From Clostridia bacterium (lineage in GTDB: Bacteria > Bacillota > Clostridia > Christensenellales > Aristaeellaceae): a stretch of 64,000 nucleotides of DNA. The DNA is taken from the NCBI GenBank assembly GCA_036645955.1, contig JAVXND010000002.1:36845-100844 (forward strand), written 5' to 3'. The notes beneath the pieces were generated by a model, which searched no databases, was not told the origin of the DNA, and saw only the letters and a program-made list of their open reading frames with translations. Of this stretch, positions 1-9,387 are shown in pieces; the stretch's first letter is position 1, and each line of letters begins with the position of its first letter. The position numbers were made by a program, and so were the translations under genes.

Positions 1-492
1 GTCTGCATTGTAACCTATCGAAAAGAGTCAGCTGACAAAGAATATGTCATACAGTTTTTTCGTGTTTCGTCAGCCTATGGGCAATGGTATGCCACAGGCT
101 ACAGCTTTGAAACAGAGCGCACTCAAGTGTTTCGTTGTGATAAAATTTCAGGGGTGAGGGAAAGCCATCAATATCAGCCTAGACCTCTTGATGAATTTAT
201 AAAATCTGCGGAGGCATTGTATAAATTACCGAACGCTATCGATTTTGAAGTGGAAATATCGCAAAAAGGCGTTGATTTGTTTGATAAAGAGCATTATCCA
301 TCCATGAAGCTTTATCAAGAACAAGGAAGGTCGGTTATTCGTGGATTTTATCATCAGGGTGAGGAGAAATTTATTGCAAACTACTTTATTGCTTATGGAG
401 AAAACATACGCTCTATACAGCCAACAGCGTTGAAGAATTTGATTTTGGAAAGCTTGCATTCTTTTGAGACGTATCTTTTGAAAATACTATAA
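1..492 (+). CDS. WYL domain-containing protein, C-terminal part (5' end cut by window edge)
   Basis: Frame 1 is open from nt 1. The translation reads ...SAYGQWYATGYSFETERTQVFRCDKISGV..., which resembles the WYL core (W-Y-x-x-G-Y...R-x-F-R-x-D-[RK]-I). The segment is visibly more AT-rich than the rest of the window. Confidence 0.55.
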   Translation, partial: VCIVTYRKESADKEYVIQFFRVSSAYGQWYATGYSFETERTQVFRCDKISGVRESHQYQPRPLDEFIKSAEALYKLPNAIDFEVEISQKGVDLFDKEHYPSMKLYQEQGRSVIRGFYHQGEEKFIANYFIAYGENIRSIQPTALKNLILESLHSFETYLLKIL

Positions 493-524
493 AGAGGTCG
501 GAAGATTGCTTGTGCAGAGCCGAA

Positions 525-3500
525 TCACCCTCGGAGCGGAAACGTAGCTTCATGGATCTTGCCGTCATCCAGCAGTAACAGCCGCCCATCACGAAGCTGT
601 TCGCCATCCGCAACCGGGAAAGGACAATCCCTTCGTGCGTGCAAATGGTAGGTGGCGGTTCCAAAGTGATAGGTAATTCGGAACGCATCCCAGCTTGCGG
701 GCGCTACGGGGCGAAACCTGAGGGTGTTGCCTTGCTTTTGAAAACCAAACAGCTGCTCCAGCATAACATACAAAAACCAGCTTGCACTGCCTGTGTACCA
801 TGTCCATCCGCCGCGCCCGCGCTGTTGCGGATTTGAGTAAATATCGGCGGCCAGTACATAGGGCTCCACACGGTAGCGGTTGCTCAGCTGTTTGTTTGCC
901 GCATGGGTCAAAGGCAGCATGGCCGTGACCAGCTCCCACGCGCGATCATCCTGCCCTAGCTGATGAAAGGCAGAAATCGCCCATGGTACGGCATGGGTAT
1001 ACTGCCCGCCGTTTTCACGTATGCCAGGCAAATAGCTTGCAATGTAACCGGGCTTTTCCACACCGCGAAAGGGCGGCGTAAAAAGCTTGAGAATGCCGAT
1101 ATCTGGCTCATAAAGCATGCGCCAGACATGATCCATTGCCATGGTGCAGCGCTCGCGGGATACGCCCGCAAGCACGCCCCAGCTTTGGGAAAGCACATCC
1201 AATCGGCATTCCGAAGAGCTGATAGAGCCTAGCTTGTCGCCGCTGTCATACCATGCGCGCAGATACCAAGCGCCATCCCATGCAAAGCGATCCAGCATTT
1301 GCAAAACAACGAGGCGTTTGTCCAAAAAGCGCCTTGCGGTAACAGGCTCACAGAGTGCGGAAAAGCGACGCAGTGTTTCGCATAAAAACATGCCCAACCA
1401 TACGCTTTCACCATTTTCACCGCCTACGCGGTTCATGCCATCGTTCCAATCGCCTCCGCCCATCAAGGGCAAACCATGTGTGCCGTAGCTTACATGGTCA
1501 ATTGCGCGAACGCAGTGCTGCCAAAAGGGTTCGGAAACGCTTGATATTTCGGGAGTGCTCAAACGCTCGTGCTCCTCGGGCGCAAGGGGCGCATCGTGCA
1601 AATAGGGGACGACCTCGCTCAAGAGGCTTGTATCTCCGCTGACCTGTATATAAACAGCCGCCACAAAGGGCAGAAACAGCAAATCATCGCTGATGCGGGT
1701 GCGCACGCCGTAGCGTGCAGGGTGCCACCAATGCTGTACATCGCCTTCTTCAAACTGATGCGCGGCGCAAAGCAGAAGGTGCTCGCGCACGGCTTGCGGC
1801 GCAGTGTGTACCTGCGAAAGCATGTCCTGCAGCTGATCCCGAAAACCATAGGCACCCCCTGCCTGATAGAAACCCGCGCGCATCATGAGCCTTGCCGCAA
1901 TTACTTGGTAGGGTAACCAGCGGTTGAGCATCAAAGCCAAAGCTGTGTCGGGCAGGTCAAAATGCAGGCCGCCCAAGCGCTGTTCCCAGAGCTGCTTTAC
2001 CTGATGCAAATGCAAGCTTGCCCCATCTGTGCGCAGCATTTCCAATGCGTGCGCGAGCGCTTCACGGGTTTGACCAAAGCCGATGGCGCTGGTAATGGTT
2101 TTGGTTTCGCCAGCCTTCAGCAAAACCGTAAAAGCAAGCACAGCCACATTGCCCGCATCACAGGGAAGGGCATCGCCGCTCACAAGCGCCACGGGTGCAA
2201 CGCTCCAAAGTCCGTCAAATTCACCTGCGCTCATGGCGGTAATAAGCGTAGCTTCGGGATCTACGCCGCATAAGCAGGCGGTACCTTCTAGCTCTGGATT
2301 TTCGACATATACAACACCGTCCATGTGATGCGTTACGGTGAGCTGTGCACTGGCGGGGGATGCGCCCAAGGTAAAGGCACAGGTGTGGAAATAAGTGAGC
2401 TCGCGATCAAGGGTATCCTCGTTTTTCAAATGCAGTACGCGCACGCAAAGAGGCGCTTCCTCATCGGTAAAGCACTGCAAACGGCAGGAAATGCCATAAC
2501 CAGAAATTTCATAGGCGGTTTCACCCGGCGCATGGGTAATGCGCGCAGGAAGCCCGTAACCCAATGGATAACGCGTTACCGACCATATGAGCTTATGCTC
2601 TGAATCCCGTAAAAAGAAATTTTCATCACCGCGGGGGGTGATGGTATCGTTTGGCCAGCGCGTTAACCGCCCTGAATGACTGTTTCCAACGTAGCTGAAC
2701 ACCAGCCCGCTTTCACAGGCGAGCGTGCCGAGCTCGCGGGAGCAGAGCGGATTGCTCCACGGCGCGGGGGTTTGTCTGCCTGGAGGCAGGGTGATGATGT
2801 AGCTGCCGTCTGCTTTGCCAAAGCCGCCATAGCCGTTATCCAACAGCAATTCATCTATGGCGGGCAAGGCGGCCTTCCATGCGGCAGATGGCTTGCAGGC
2901 ATAAAGCGGACGTGCTTTGACGCTGGTGGTGAGGCGCTTCAACTGCTCGCTTAAATTGCCGTGTTCACCCAACAGCACAATGCGTGCCGCCGCTTTGAGC
3001 AACCCGTAAAGCTCAGCAGAAAGGCCGTCACGGTCCAAAAGGTGAATTCCGCCCTCCTTGCCAATCAGCTCATGGCTGTGGGAGGTTTGCGCCAACTCGC
3101 CTAACGCATCGCGGAGCGGATGCTCGTAACCAGAGGGCTGCATACACAAAACAATCAAATCCACCCATAAACCGCACATGCGATAGGCCGCATGCGCTTT
3201 GAGCAACAGCTTTACAAGGGATAAATCCTTATCGCTTTCACATTCTACAAGCAACAAAGGCAAATCGCCGCTCAAGCCTAGCCCCCATAGCTCGCGCACG
3301 GGAAGTGTGTTTTGTACTGCATATTGCGCTTGCATGGGCTGCTCGGTGTAGCATAGGCTTCCGCATAGGCGTGAGATGGATGTTTGCATGGAAGGAGTAA
3401 GCCCTAAATAACGCGCGGTAACCAATTCCTGCGTAAGCGCGGGTTCATAACAGCGCAGGGCGCTATCTGGCTGGGCATAACGCTGTGCAAAGGCCGCCCG

Positions 3501-6500
3501 CGTATCTTGCTCGCTTGGCAGCAGGGTAGCAAAAACAAATTGCACGCACCCGCTCGCAGGCAACACAAATTGCCCGCGCAAGCTCAAGCATGGCTCGATC
3601 ATGGCACCTAAGGTGTCCGCTGTGGTGGTAATGGGTAAATCCAAAGCATGGGGTGCGTACACGGTACGGCCGCGCCCCAAGAAGGCTGTGCGATCTGTTT
3701 GTATGCGCAGCATGTTCAGGCTTGCATTGGTGGAAAGCATATGCCACAGGCTTCGCTGAGGTTCGTTTTCGTGCCTTGGCTTTCGCGTGGCGCATACACC
3801 GTATTTTTCCAGCCTTTCTGTATGAATAAACAGGTTTTGAAAGGTGGGATGCGCAGAATCGTCCCTTTGAGAAGCGAGCGAGGGTTCTAAATAACTGCAA
3901 ACCTCCATCATATGCTCCGAAGCGCTGGTGTTTTGAAGCGTGAGGTGATGCAAAACCGTGCCATCCAGCGGATTGATGAAAATGCGGAGGGTACACTCTG
4001 CATGAAACCGTTCGTTTGTGAAAACGGCTTGTGCGCTTTCAAAAGATACGGAGCGGGTGAGTGTGGGATCGGTCACAGACCAGTAGGAGCCGCTTTGCGA
4101 ATCCCGTAAGTAAAGCCGCAGACCAGAGGGAAAACGACAGCTTTCCAAAAAGCGGGTCATCATGATGCCGTTGCGCGATGCATAACCGCCGCCCTGCGCA
4201 TCAATGAGCAAAGTGGTACCCGCGCCGTGCAGTAAATGAGCGTCCATGGGAAAGTGCAGCGGTTGAGCAAGGCGTGAAAAATGCAAGGGGGATTGAGCGG
4301 GTTCCTTTGCGTTTCGCTTTAATGGGTGCTTGATGATGCCGCGGCCGTGCAGAGGTTTTTCCTCAAGCAACAGGCGATAGGCTTGTGCCTTGGGCAGCTC
4401 TGAAAACAATTTGACCATATACTGATCACAAAGCGCATTGCAAATGGCGCAAAGGATCATGCCCTGATGGTGTGCCATATGACTGCGAACCGCTTTGAAG
4501 GCTTGCTTTTCGCCAATGCGCTCGAGTGCAAAATCTGCCGCCTCAAACAAGCCCAACGGCCCTTCCATGCCTAGATTTTGGAGCTTCAGCAGGTTTGCAA
4601 ACGCGTGCTTTGGGTGAAGGGACAAGCACAGCATGGAGGCGTAAGGTGCAATTACATTTTGATTCTTGCCGGAATCCAGCGCAAGGGATGCTATGCCAAA
4701 GGCTTTGTACTGGTAAAACAGGTTGGGATCAAAGGCATAATAGCCGCTTTCGCTTACGCCAAAAACACCGCTGTAGGTGACTGCGCACTGCTCGCGAAAA
4801 GCGCCCCGACAGGCGTTATAGAGCAGGGTTCCACGGGTGAGCGGCTGAAACAGCAGGGGCATCATGTATTCAAACATTGTGCCGCTATAGCTTAGCAGCG
4901 TTTGCCCATGGGCGGTGTGTGCTCTTGCACGGCTTAACCTGTACCAATGCCGCACGGGAATTTGTCCGAGCATAATGCTTACAAAGCTTAAAAGCCTTGC
5001 TTCACTGGCAAGCAAATCGTAATGCCCATGTCCGTTGCTTGCTTCATCGGGTGATAGACCGATGTAAAACAGCTCCGCATCGGGGTCAAAGAGCGGGGCA
5101 AAGCGCATATTGTTTACAAGCGCGTCCAAACGTGCGGCTAAGCCGCGATATCGGGCGGGCAGCTCGTTCATCAGCGCGCGCAGACCCTGTGCGCAGGTGA
5201 GCAGACAGACCGCTAAATTGCCGCTATCCACGGAGGAAATGAAGGGCGGGTTCATGGGCAGAAGCGTGCGCGTATCATACCAGTTGTAGAACTGCCCCTC
5301 CCATTTGGGCAGCTTTTCGAGGGCTTGAAGCGCAGCGTCTATGCGTTCGGCCATTTCTTCTGTAGACAAAATGTGCATATGCTCTGATGCGATCAGGCTT
5401 GTCAGATACAAACCCATGTTGGTTGGGGAAGTGCGGTGCGAAATGCCTTTGTTCGGCTCGATTTGCACATTGTCGGGGGGAAGGGCGTGATCCTCCTCCG
5501 TTATGGCGGTTTCGAAGAATAGCAAGGTGTTTTTGGCCAAGCGTTCCAGCACTTCGCGCATATAATCAGTCATGCGGCTTGGCTTTTGATAGGCTTGTTC
5601 CAAAAACGGCAACACAAACGGGAAGAGAATCCAAGCGGCTCCCAATAGAAGCCCTGAAAAAACAAGAGCCATTGGTATGAGGGACAGCGAAATCATTACA
5701 GCACCCGAAAGGATGCTCAGGTAAAAAAAGAGCATGACGGGCTTTTCGGCGGGCTTTGAAAGCTGTGCGGCGGTTGTCCACTGCAAAAGATATCGCCGCG
5801 AGAAAAACAAACGGAAAAGCGTTCGAACAATCGCGTCTGCTTGCATGGCCGCAAAACAAGGCAAAGCCGCCAAACGGCAGAGCAACGAAAAAAAGGCATG
5901 CACGCTTGGCTGAATGAGCGCGGGCAATTCACAAAGGAGCAAGGCAAGCCAGAAAATCCAAGGCCTGTGAGCCACCACCGCATAACCTAACAACAGTAAG
6001 CGCAGGGGATCGACCATACTGCGAAAAAGGTTCTGCCAAATTTTATGCTTTGCGGTGGCATCCAGTATGCCTGACGGCGCACGGCTGTTCATGGGAAAAA
6101 TGGGGAGCACATAGGGCAGCAGCTGCCAATCGCCGCGCGTCCAGCGGTGCAAACGGTAGCAAAAGCCTTTCAAATGAAGCGGATGACCATCAAAAAGCAT
6201 CATATCAGACGCTGACTCACAGCCAGCCAATTCACCTTCAAGCAAATCGTGGCTCAAAATAGAGCCCTCCAGCATTTTGCCTTCGGTAGCGTTTAAAAAT
6301 CCCACTGGGTCAATAATGCCCTTGCCAACGAAGGAGCCCCTTTTGCAGCCGTCTTCAAAAAAATCGGCGATGAGCGCGTTATAGGGGTCCGTACCGCCGC
6401 GCCCGCCTAGCAACAGGGAAAGCTTACTGCCGATGGTGTGCGCCGCAATTTCCATGCGCGGTTGTATAATGCTTACGCCGCGCATTTCACCATGGCTTTC

Positions 6501-8357
6501 ATGCCGCCGCTGGAGCGGGTGGAGCATGGCACCTATCATGCGCAGAGCGCTTCCAGGCGGCAGAATGGTATCGCTATCCAAGGTGATTACATAGCGGTAA
6601 CGCTCCCTAAAGGATTCGGGCGGGACGGAGCAGTAGGCAAAGCCCTCCGAAACAGGGCGGCCAACCACAAGGTTTAAAAGCGTTTCAAGGCTTCCGCGCT
6701 TGCGTTCGCGGCTCATGAAAAGATGATCGTGCACGTGAAAAACCCGCTCGCGCTGCATGTAAAGAAAGGTATGCCCTGTGTCCGCACACAACGCGCGGAT
6801 GGCGGAGGCGGCCGTGGTGATGATTTCGTTGTCACTGCTCAAGGAACCGGTTAGACTATCCTGAAAATCGCCCAACAATAAAAAGTGAAGCTTCGGGTCT
6901 GGGTTGGCGCGGTAAAGCACGGACAAATGCTTGACCATACCGAGTGCGTGCTCGGGTGTCATGAGCAGGGTAGGGCAGACCACGAGGGTTTGAATCCCGT
7001 CCGAAAGCCGCTCTACTTGCATGCGCGGAACCAAGCGCGGGTGAAGGGTGCGGCGTAAAACCCACAAGGCAAGCTGCTCTGCCGCGTGCAAAAACACAAC
7101 CGCAAACGCCAGCCAAAACACGGGAAATACGCGCAGTGCTACAGCAAGCAAAAGCAATAGCAAAAACACGAGCCAAGCGCCTGTGCGAAACAATCCGCAT
7201 GCATGCGTGGAAGCAAAACGGCGCAATCTGTTTACAAAATGCATGGCTTGCAGGTAATGGAGCAATATGGAGATGCCATCATCCAGAAGGTAATAGCCAA
7301 CATGCGCGCGTACATCGTCTATTTCAGCGCTTTGGCATAGCGTATTTGCGGCCGCGCAAACCGATAATTCGGGCTTTTTGCTCATGCGGCTTAATGCGGC
7401 AACGCGCCCGCGGTAATATGCGCGGCTTTCCAAGTCCATTTTTGAGTAAATGGAATCGGCTAAAAGCGCGGCGTGAATGGGGCTGATGTCTTCGAGCATG
7501 CGGTACCAAGGCATGCGCCCAACTGTGCGCAAAGAGGTAATGGCGTTGCTTACCCACAGGCAAGCCTCGGTTTGATGCTCGTGCTCGCTCTTTGCAAGCT
7601 TTTCAACAGATAGTTCATGCTCGTTAAAGTAACGATCCAGCCAAACAGCGCCGTTTTTATCCTCGTAAGCTCGAAGCTCCGTTAACAGGTGTTCCAAAAA
7701 AACAGGGCTGTGCTCATGACGCTTAAAAAGGCGCAAAGCCGCATTTTCACGTTTGTGGCGCAAGAGCCGCGCCATATGCTCTGCGGCAAGCTGAAATTTT
7801 TGCTCGTGAACGCACAGCTCTGCCATTTCATACACAATGTGAAGCAGTGCGGCACGAAGTGCCAAGGGCAAACCGTTGGTTTCGTCTACGCTAAAGGGCG
7901 ATACGCTTTGCCAAGCTTCAAGCGCACTCAGAAGCCGAGGCGCACGCAAATCAGCCGTTGTGTGCCCAAGAAGCTCGCGCGCAAACATGCTGATGCGCGC
8001 ACCCCCAGTTGATGCTTTGCAAAGCTTGGGTGCACTATGCAAAGCAAGCTTGAGCGCCGCAGTTTCCTCTTGCAGAAAACGGCCGTTATCACTCAGCCAT
8101 TGAGCGGCAGGCAGAAGCTCTGCTGTGGGCAAACGATTGAGAAAGCCCACCGTTTTTTCCAGTGTTCTTAGCATGTGCCGAGGCATGTGGATGCGTGACC
8201 GACCTCGCCCCTCCGCACGTGCGGACAATGCGGCAAGGTGGGGCAGTAATTCATCCTCCAGCGACGCGTCACGGTAAGAGACCATGGGCAAGCGGCGCAC
8301 GCTCCATGCCAAAATGAATAAAATCACGAGACCGACCACCGAGATAATCCACTGCAT
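525..8357 (-). CDS. Cyclic beta-1,2-glucan synthase-like giant multidomain protein (membrane GT84-like glycosyltransferase + glucoamylase-like middle domain + GH94 phosphorylase-like C-terminus)
   Basis: Single 2628-aa ORF.
- Several TM stretches.
- Glycosyltransferase region with ITLDSDT (DxD) and the Cgs/ChvB-like string HRWTRGDWQLLPYV (about nt 6110-6160).
- C-terminal GH94-like GGGDWNDGMNRVG (about nt 1420-1465).
- Start moved to ATG 8357 (MQWIISVVGLV...), preceded by GGAGG with an 8-nt spacer. Confidence 0.85.
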   Translation of the reverse strand: MQWIISVVGLVILFILAWSVRRLPMVSYRDASLEDELLPHLAALSARAEGRGRSRIHMPRHMLRTLEKTVGFLNRLPTAELLPAAQWLSDNGRFLQEETAALKLALHSAPKLCKASTGGARISMFARELLGHTTADLRAPRLLSALEAWQSVSPFSVDETNGLPLALRAALLHIVYEMAELCVHEQKFQLAAEHMARLLRHKRENAALRLFKRHEHSPVFLEHLLTELRAYEDKNGAVWLDRYFNEHELSVEKLAKSEHEHQTEACLWVSNAITSLRTVGRMPWYRMLEDISPIHAALLADSIYSKMDLESRAYYRGRVAALSRMSKKPELSVCAAANTLCQSAEIDDVRAHVGYYLLDDGISILLHYLQAMHFVNRLRRFASTHACGLFRTGAWLVFLLLLLLAVALRVFPVFWLAFAVVFLHAAEQLALWVLRRTLHPRLVPRMQVERLSDGIQTLVVCPTLLMTPEHALGMVKHLSVLYRANPDPKLHFLLLGDFQDSLTGSLSSDNEIITTAASAIRALCADTGHTFLYMQRERVFHVHDHLFMSRERKRGSLETLLNLVVGRPVSEGFAYCSVPPESFRERYRYVITLDSDTILPPGSALRMIGAMLHPLQRRHESHGEMRGVSIIQPRMEIAAHTIGSKLSLLLGGRGGTDPYNALIADFFEDGCKRGSFVGKGIIDPVGFLNATEGKMLEGSILSHDLLEGELAGCESASDMMLFDGHPLHLKGFCYRLHRWTRGDWQLLPYVLPIFPMNSRAPSGILDATAKHKIWQNLFRSMVDPLRLLLLGYAVVAHRPWIFWLALLLCELPALIQPSVHAFFSLLCRLAALPCFAAMQADAIVRTLFRLFFSRRYLLQWTTAAQLSKPAEKPVMLFFYLSILSGAVMISLSLIPMALVFSGLLLGAAWILFPFVLPFLEQAYQKPSRMTDYMREVLERLAKNTLLFFETAITEEDHALPPDNVQIEPNKGISHRTSPTNMGLYLTSLIASEHMHILSTEEMAERIDAALQALEKLPKWEGQFYNWYDTRTLLPMNPPFISSVDSGNLAVCLLTCAQGLRALMNELPARYRGLAARLDALVNNMRFAPLFDPDAELFYIGLSPDEASNGHGHYDLLASEARLLSFVSIMLGQIPVRHWYRLSRARAHTAHGQTLLSYSGTMFEYMMPLLFQPLTRGTLLYNACRGAFREQCAVTYSGVFGVSESGYYAFDPNLFYQYKAFGIASLALDSGKNQNVIAPYASMLCLSLHPKHAFANLLKLQNLGMEGPLGLFEAADFALERIGEKQAFKAVRSHMAHHQGMILCAICNALCDQYMVKLFSELPKAQAYRLLLEEKPLHGRGIIKHPLKRNAKEPAQSPLHFSRLAQPLHFPMDAHLLHGAGTTLLIDAQGGGYASRNGIMMTRFLESCRFPSGLRLYLRDSQSGSYWSVTDPTLTRSVSFESAQAVFTNERFHAECTLRIFINPLDGTVLHHLTLQNTSASEHMMEVCSYLEPSLASQRDDSAHPTFQNLFIHTERLEKYGVCATRKPRHENEPQRSLWHMLSTNASLNMLRIQTDRTAFLGRGRTVYAPHALDLPITTTADTLGAMIEPCLSLRGQFVLPASGCVQFVFATLLPSEQDTRAAFAQRYAQPDSALRCYEPALTQELVTARYLGLTPSMQTSISRLCGSLCYTEQPMQAQYAVQNTLPVRELWGLGLSGDLPLLLVECESDKDLSLVKLLLKAHAAYRMCGLWVDLIVLCMQPSGYEHPLRDALGELAQTSHSHELIGKEGGIHLLDRDGLSAELYGLLKAAARIVLLGEHGNLSEQLKRLTTSVKARPLYACKPSAAWKAALPAIDELLLDNGYGGFGKADGSYIITLPPGRQTPAPWSNPLCSRELGTLACESGLVFSYVGNSHSGRLTRWPNDTITPRGDENFFLRDSEHKLIWSVTRYPLGYGLPARITHAPGETAYEISGYGISCRLQCFTDEEAPLCVRVLHLKNEDTLDRELTYFHTCAFTLGASPASAQLTVTHHMDGVVYVENPELEGTACLCGVDPEATLITAMSAGEFDGLWSVAPVALVSGDALPCDAGNVAVLAFTVLLKAGETKTITSAIGFGQTREALAHALEMLRTDGASLHLHQVKQLWEQRLGGLHFDLPDTALALMLNRWLPYQVIAARLMMRAGFYQAGGAYGFRDQLQDMLSQVHTAPQAVREHLLLCAAHQFEEGDVQHWWHPARYGVRTRISDDLLFLPFVAAVYIQVSGDTSLLSEVVPYLHDAPLAPEEHERLSTPEISSVSEPFWQHCVRAIDHVSYGTHGLPLMGGGDWNDGMNRVGGENGESVWLGMFLCETLRRFSALCEPVTARRFLDKRLVVLQMLDRFAWDGAWYLRAWYDSGDKLGSISSSECRLDVLSQSWGVLAGVSRERCTMAMDHVWRMLYEPDIGILKLFTPPFRGVEKPGYIASYLPGIRENGGQYTHAVPWAISAFHQLGQDDRAWELVTAMLPLTHAANKQLSNRYRVEPYVLAADIYSNPQQRGRGGWTWYTGSASWFLYVMLEQLFGFQKQGNTLRFRPVAPASWDAFRITYHFGTATYHLHARRDCPFPVADGEQLRDGRLLLLDDGKIHEATFPLRG

Positions 8358-8536
8358 CGCGCAAACCTCCGCTATTCTGTACGTTGGGTAGTGTGTGCAG
8401 ATGTGGCGCAATGCATGTATCGCATCGTTTGTTCGTTTGCTTTGTGATGGATTTAATGATGAAAAATGCGTGATTTCATCTTGCGTTTATGGTATGATAA
8501 GCTTCATTTGGCAAGCAAAAAAGAAGGAGTATGAAA

Positions 8537-9358
8537 ATGATCGGCAAGCGTATGATGATTCAAACATCGGGCAACACGCAAATCCCATTGGATTTATACA
8601 TTCCAGAGGTTACGGATGAAATTGATGAGCATATTCAAAGACCGTCGGTGGTCATTTGTCCTGGCGGCGGTTATTGCTTTTTAAGCAAGCGGGAGAGTGA
8701 ACCAGTGGCGCTTGCGTTTGCGGCGGCTGGCTTTAACGCATTTGTGGTATGGAACCGCGTAGCACCTCATTGCTTCCCGCTGCCACAGCAGGATGCGGCG
8801 GCGGCAATGGCTTTTGTGCGGGCGCATGCACAGGAATGGCATACCGACCCTAACCGCATTGCCATTTTAGGCTTTTCGGCAGGCGGACATTTGGCGGGAA
8901 GCATTGGAACGCTTTGGCACAAGGCGGAGCTATGGCAGGATATAGGGCTTTTGCCAGAGCAGGTGCGCCCCAATGCCATGGTGCTGTGCTATCCCGTCAT
9001 TACGGGCGGAAAATATGCGCATCGCGGTTCTTTTGAAAGCTTGAGCGGAACGACGGATGAACGTGAACATGAAAAATACTCTGTGAACGGTTGGGTCACA
9101 GAGTACTGTCCGCCGACTTTTCTTTGGCACACGTTTGACGATGATGCAGTGCCAGTGCAAAACAGCTTGCTGATGGCAGAGGCTTTAGCTGACCATGGTA
9201 TTTTGACAGAGCTTCATATTTATGCACATGGCGGACATGGCGCTTCCCTTTGCAACGAGCAAACCGCAGGCGTGAAAAATCCGACATTGGTTTTGCCCGA
9301 TAACGCTGGTTGGGTAGATGCGGCGCAAAGGTTTTTGCTAAGTACGATGGGCGCATAA
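8537..9358 (+). CDS. Alpha/beta-hydrolase esterase (acetyl/feruloyl esterase-like)
   Basis: Contains the GFSAGGHL nucleophile elbow (GxSxG) and the oxyanion-type CPGGGY string. GAAGGAG lies 7 nt before ATG 8537; the ATG at 8531 is too close to the RBS. Confidence 0.8.
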   Translation: MIGKRMMIQTSGNTQIPLDLYIPEVTDEIDEHIQRPSVVICPGGGYCFLSKRESEPVALAFAAAGFNAFVVWNRVAPHCFPLPQQDAAAAMAFVRAHAQEWHTDPNRIAILGFSAGGHLAGSIGTLWHKAELWQDIGLLPEQVRPNAMVLCYPVITGGKYAHRGSFESLSGTTDEREHEKYSVNGWVTEYCPPTFLWHTFDDDAVPVQNSLLMAEALADHGILTELHIYAHGGHGASLCNEQTAGVKNPTLVLPDNAGWVDAAQRFLLSTMGA

Positions 9359-9387
9359 ACAGGAGGCTGGCGCAAGCTTTGCGGAGG

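Noticed and set aside
6727-6742. parS-like sequence TCGTGCACGTGAAAAA.
   Set aside because: It has four mismatches to TGTTTCACGTGAAACA and lies inside the glucan synthase coding region. I found no convincing parS by eye anywhere in the window, including within parB.
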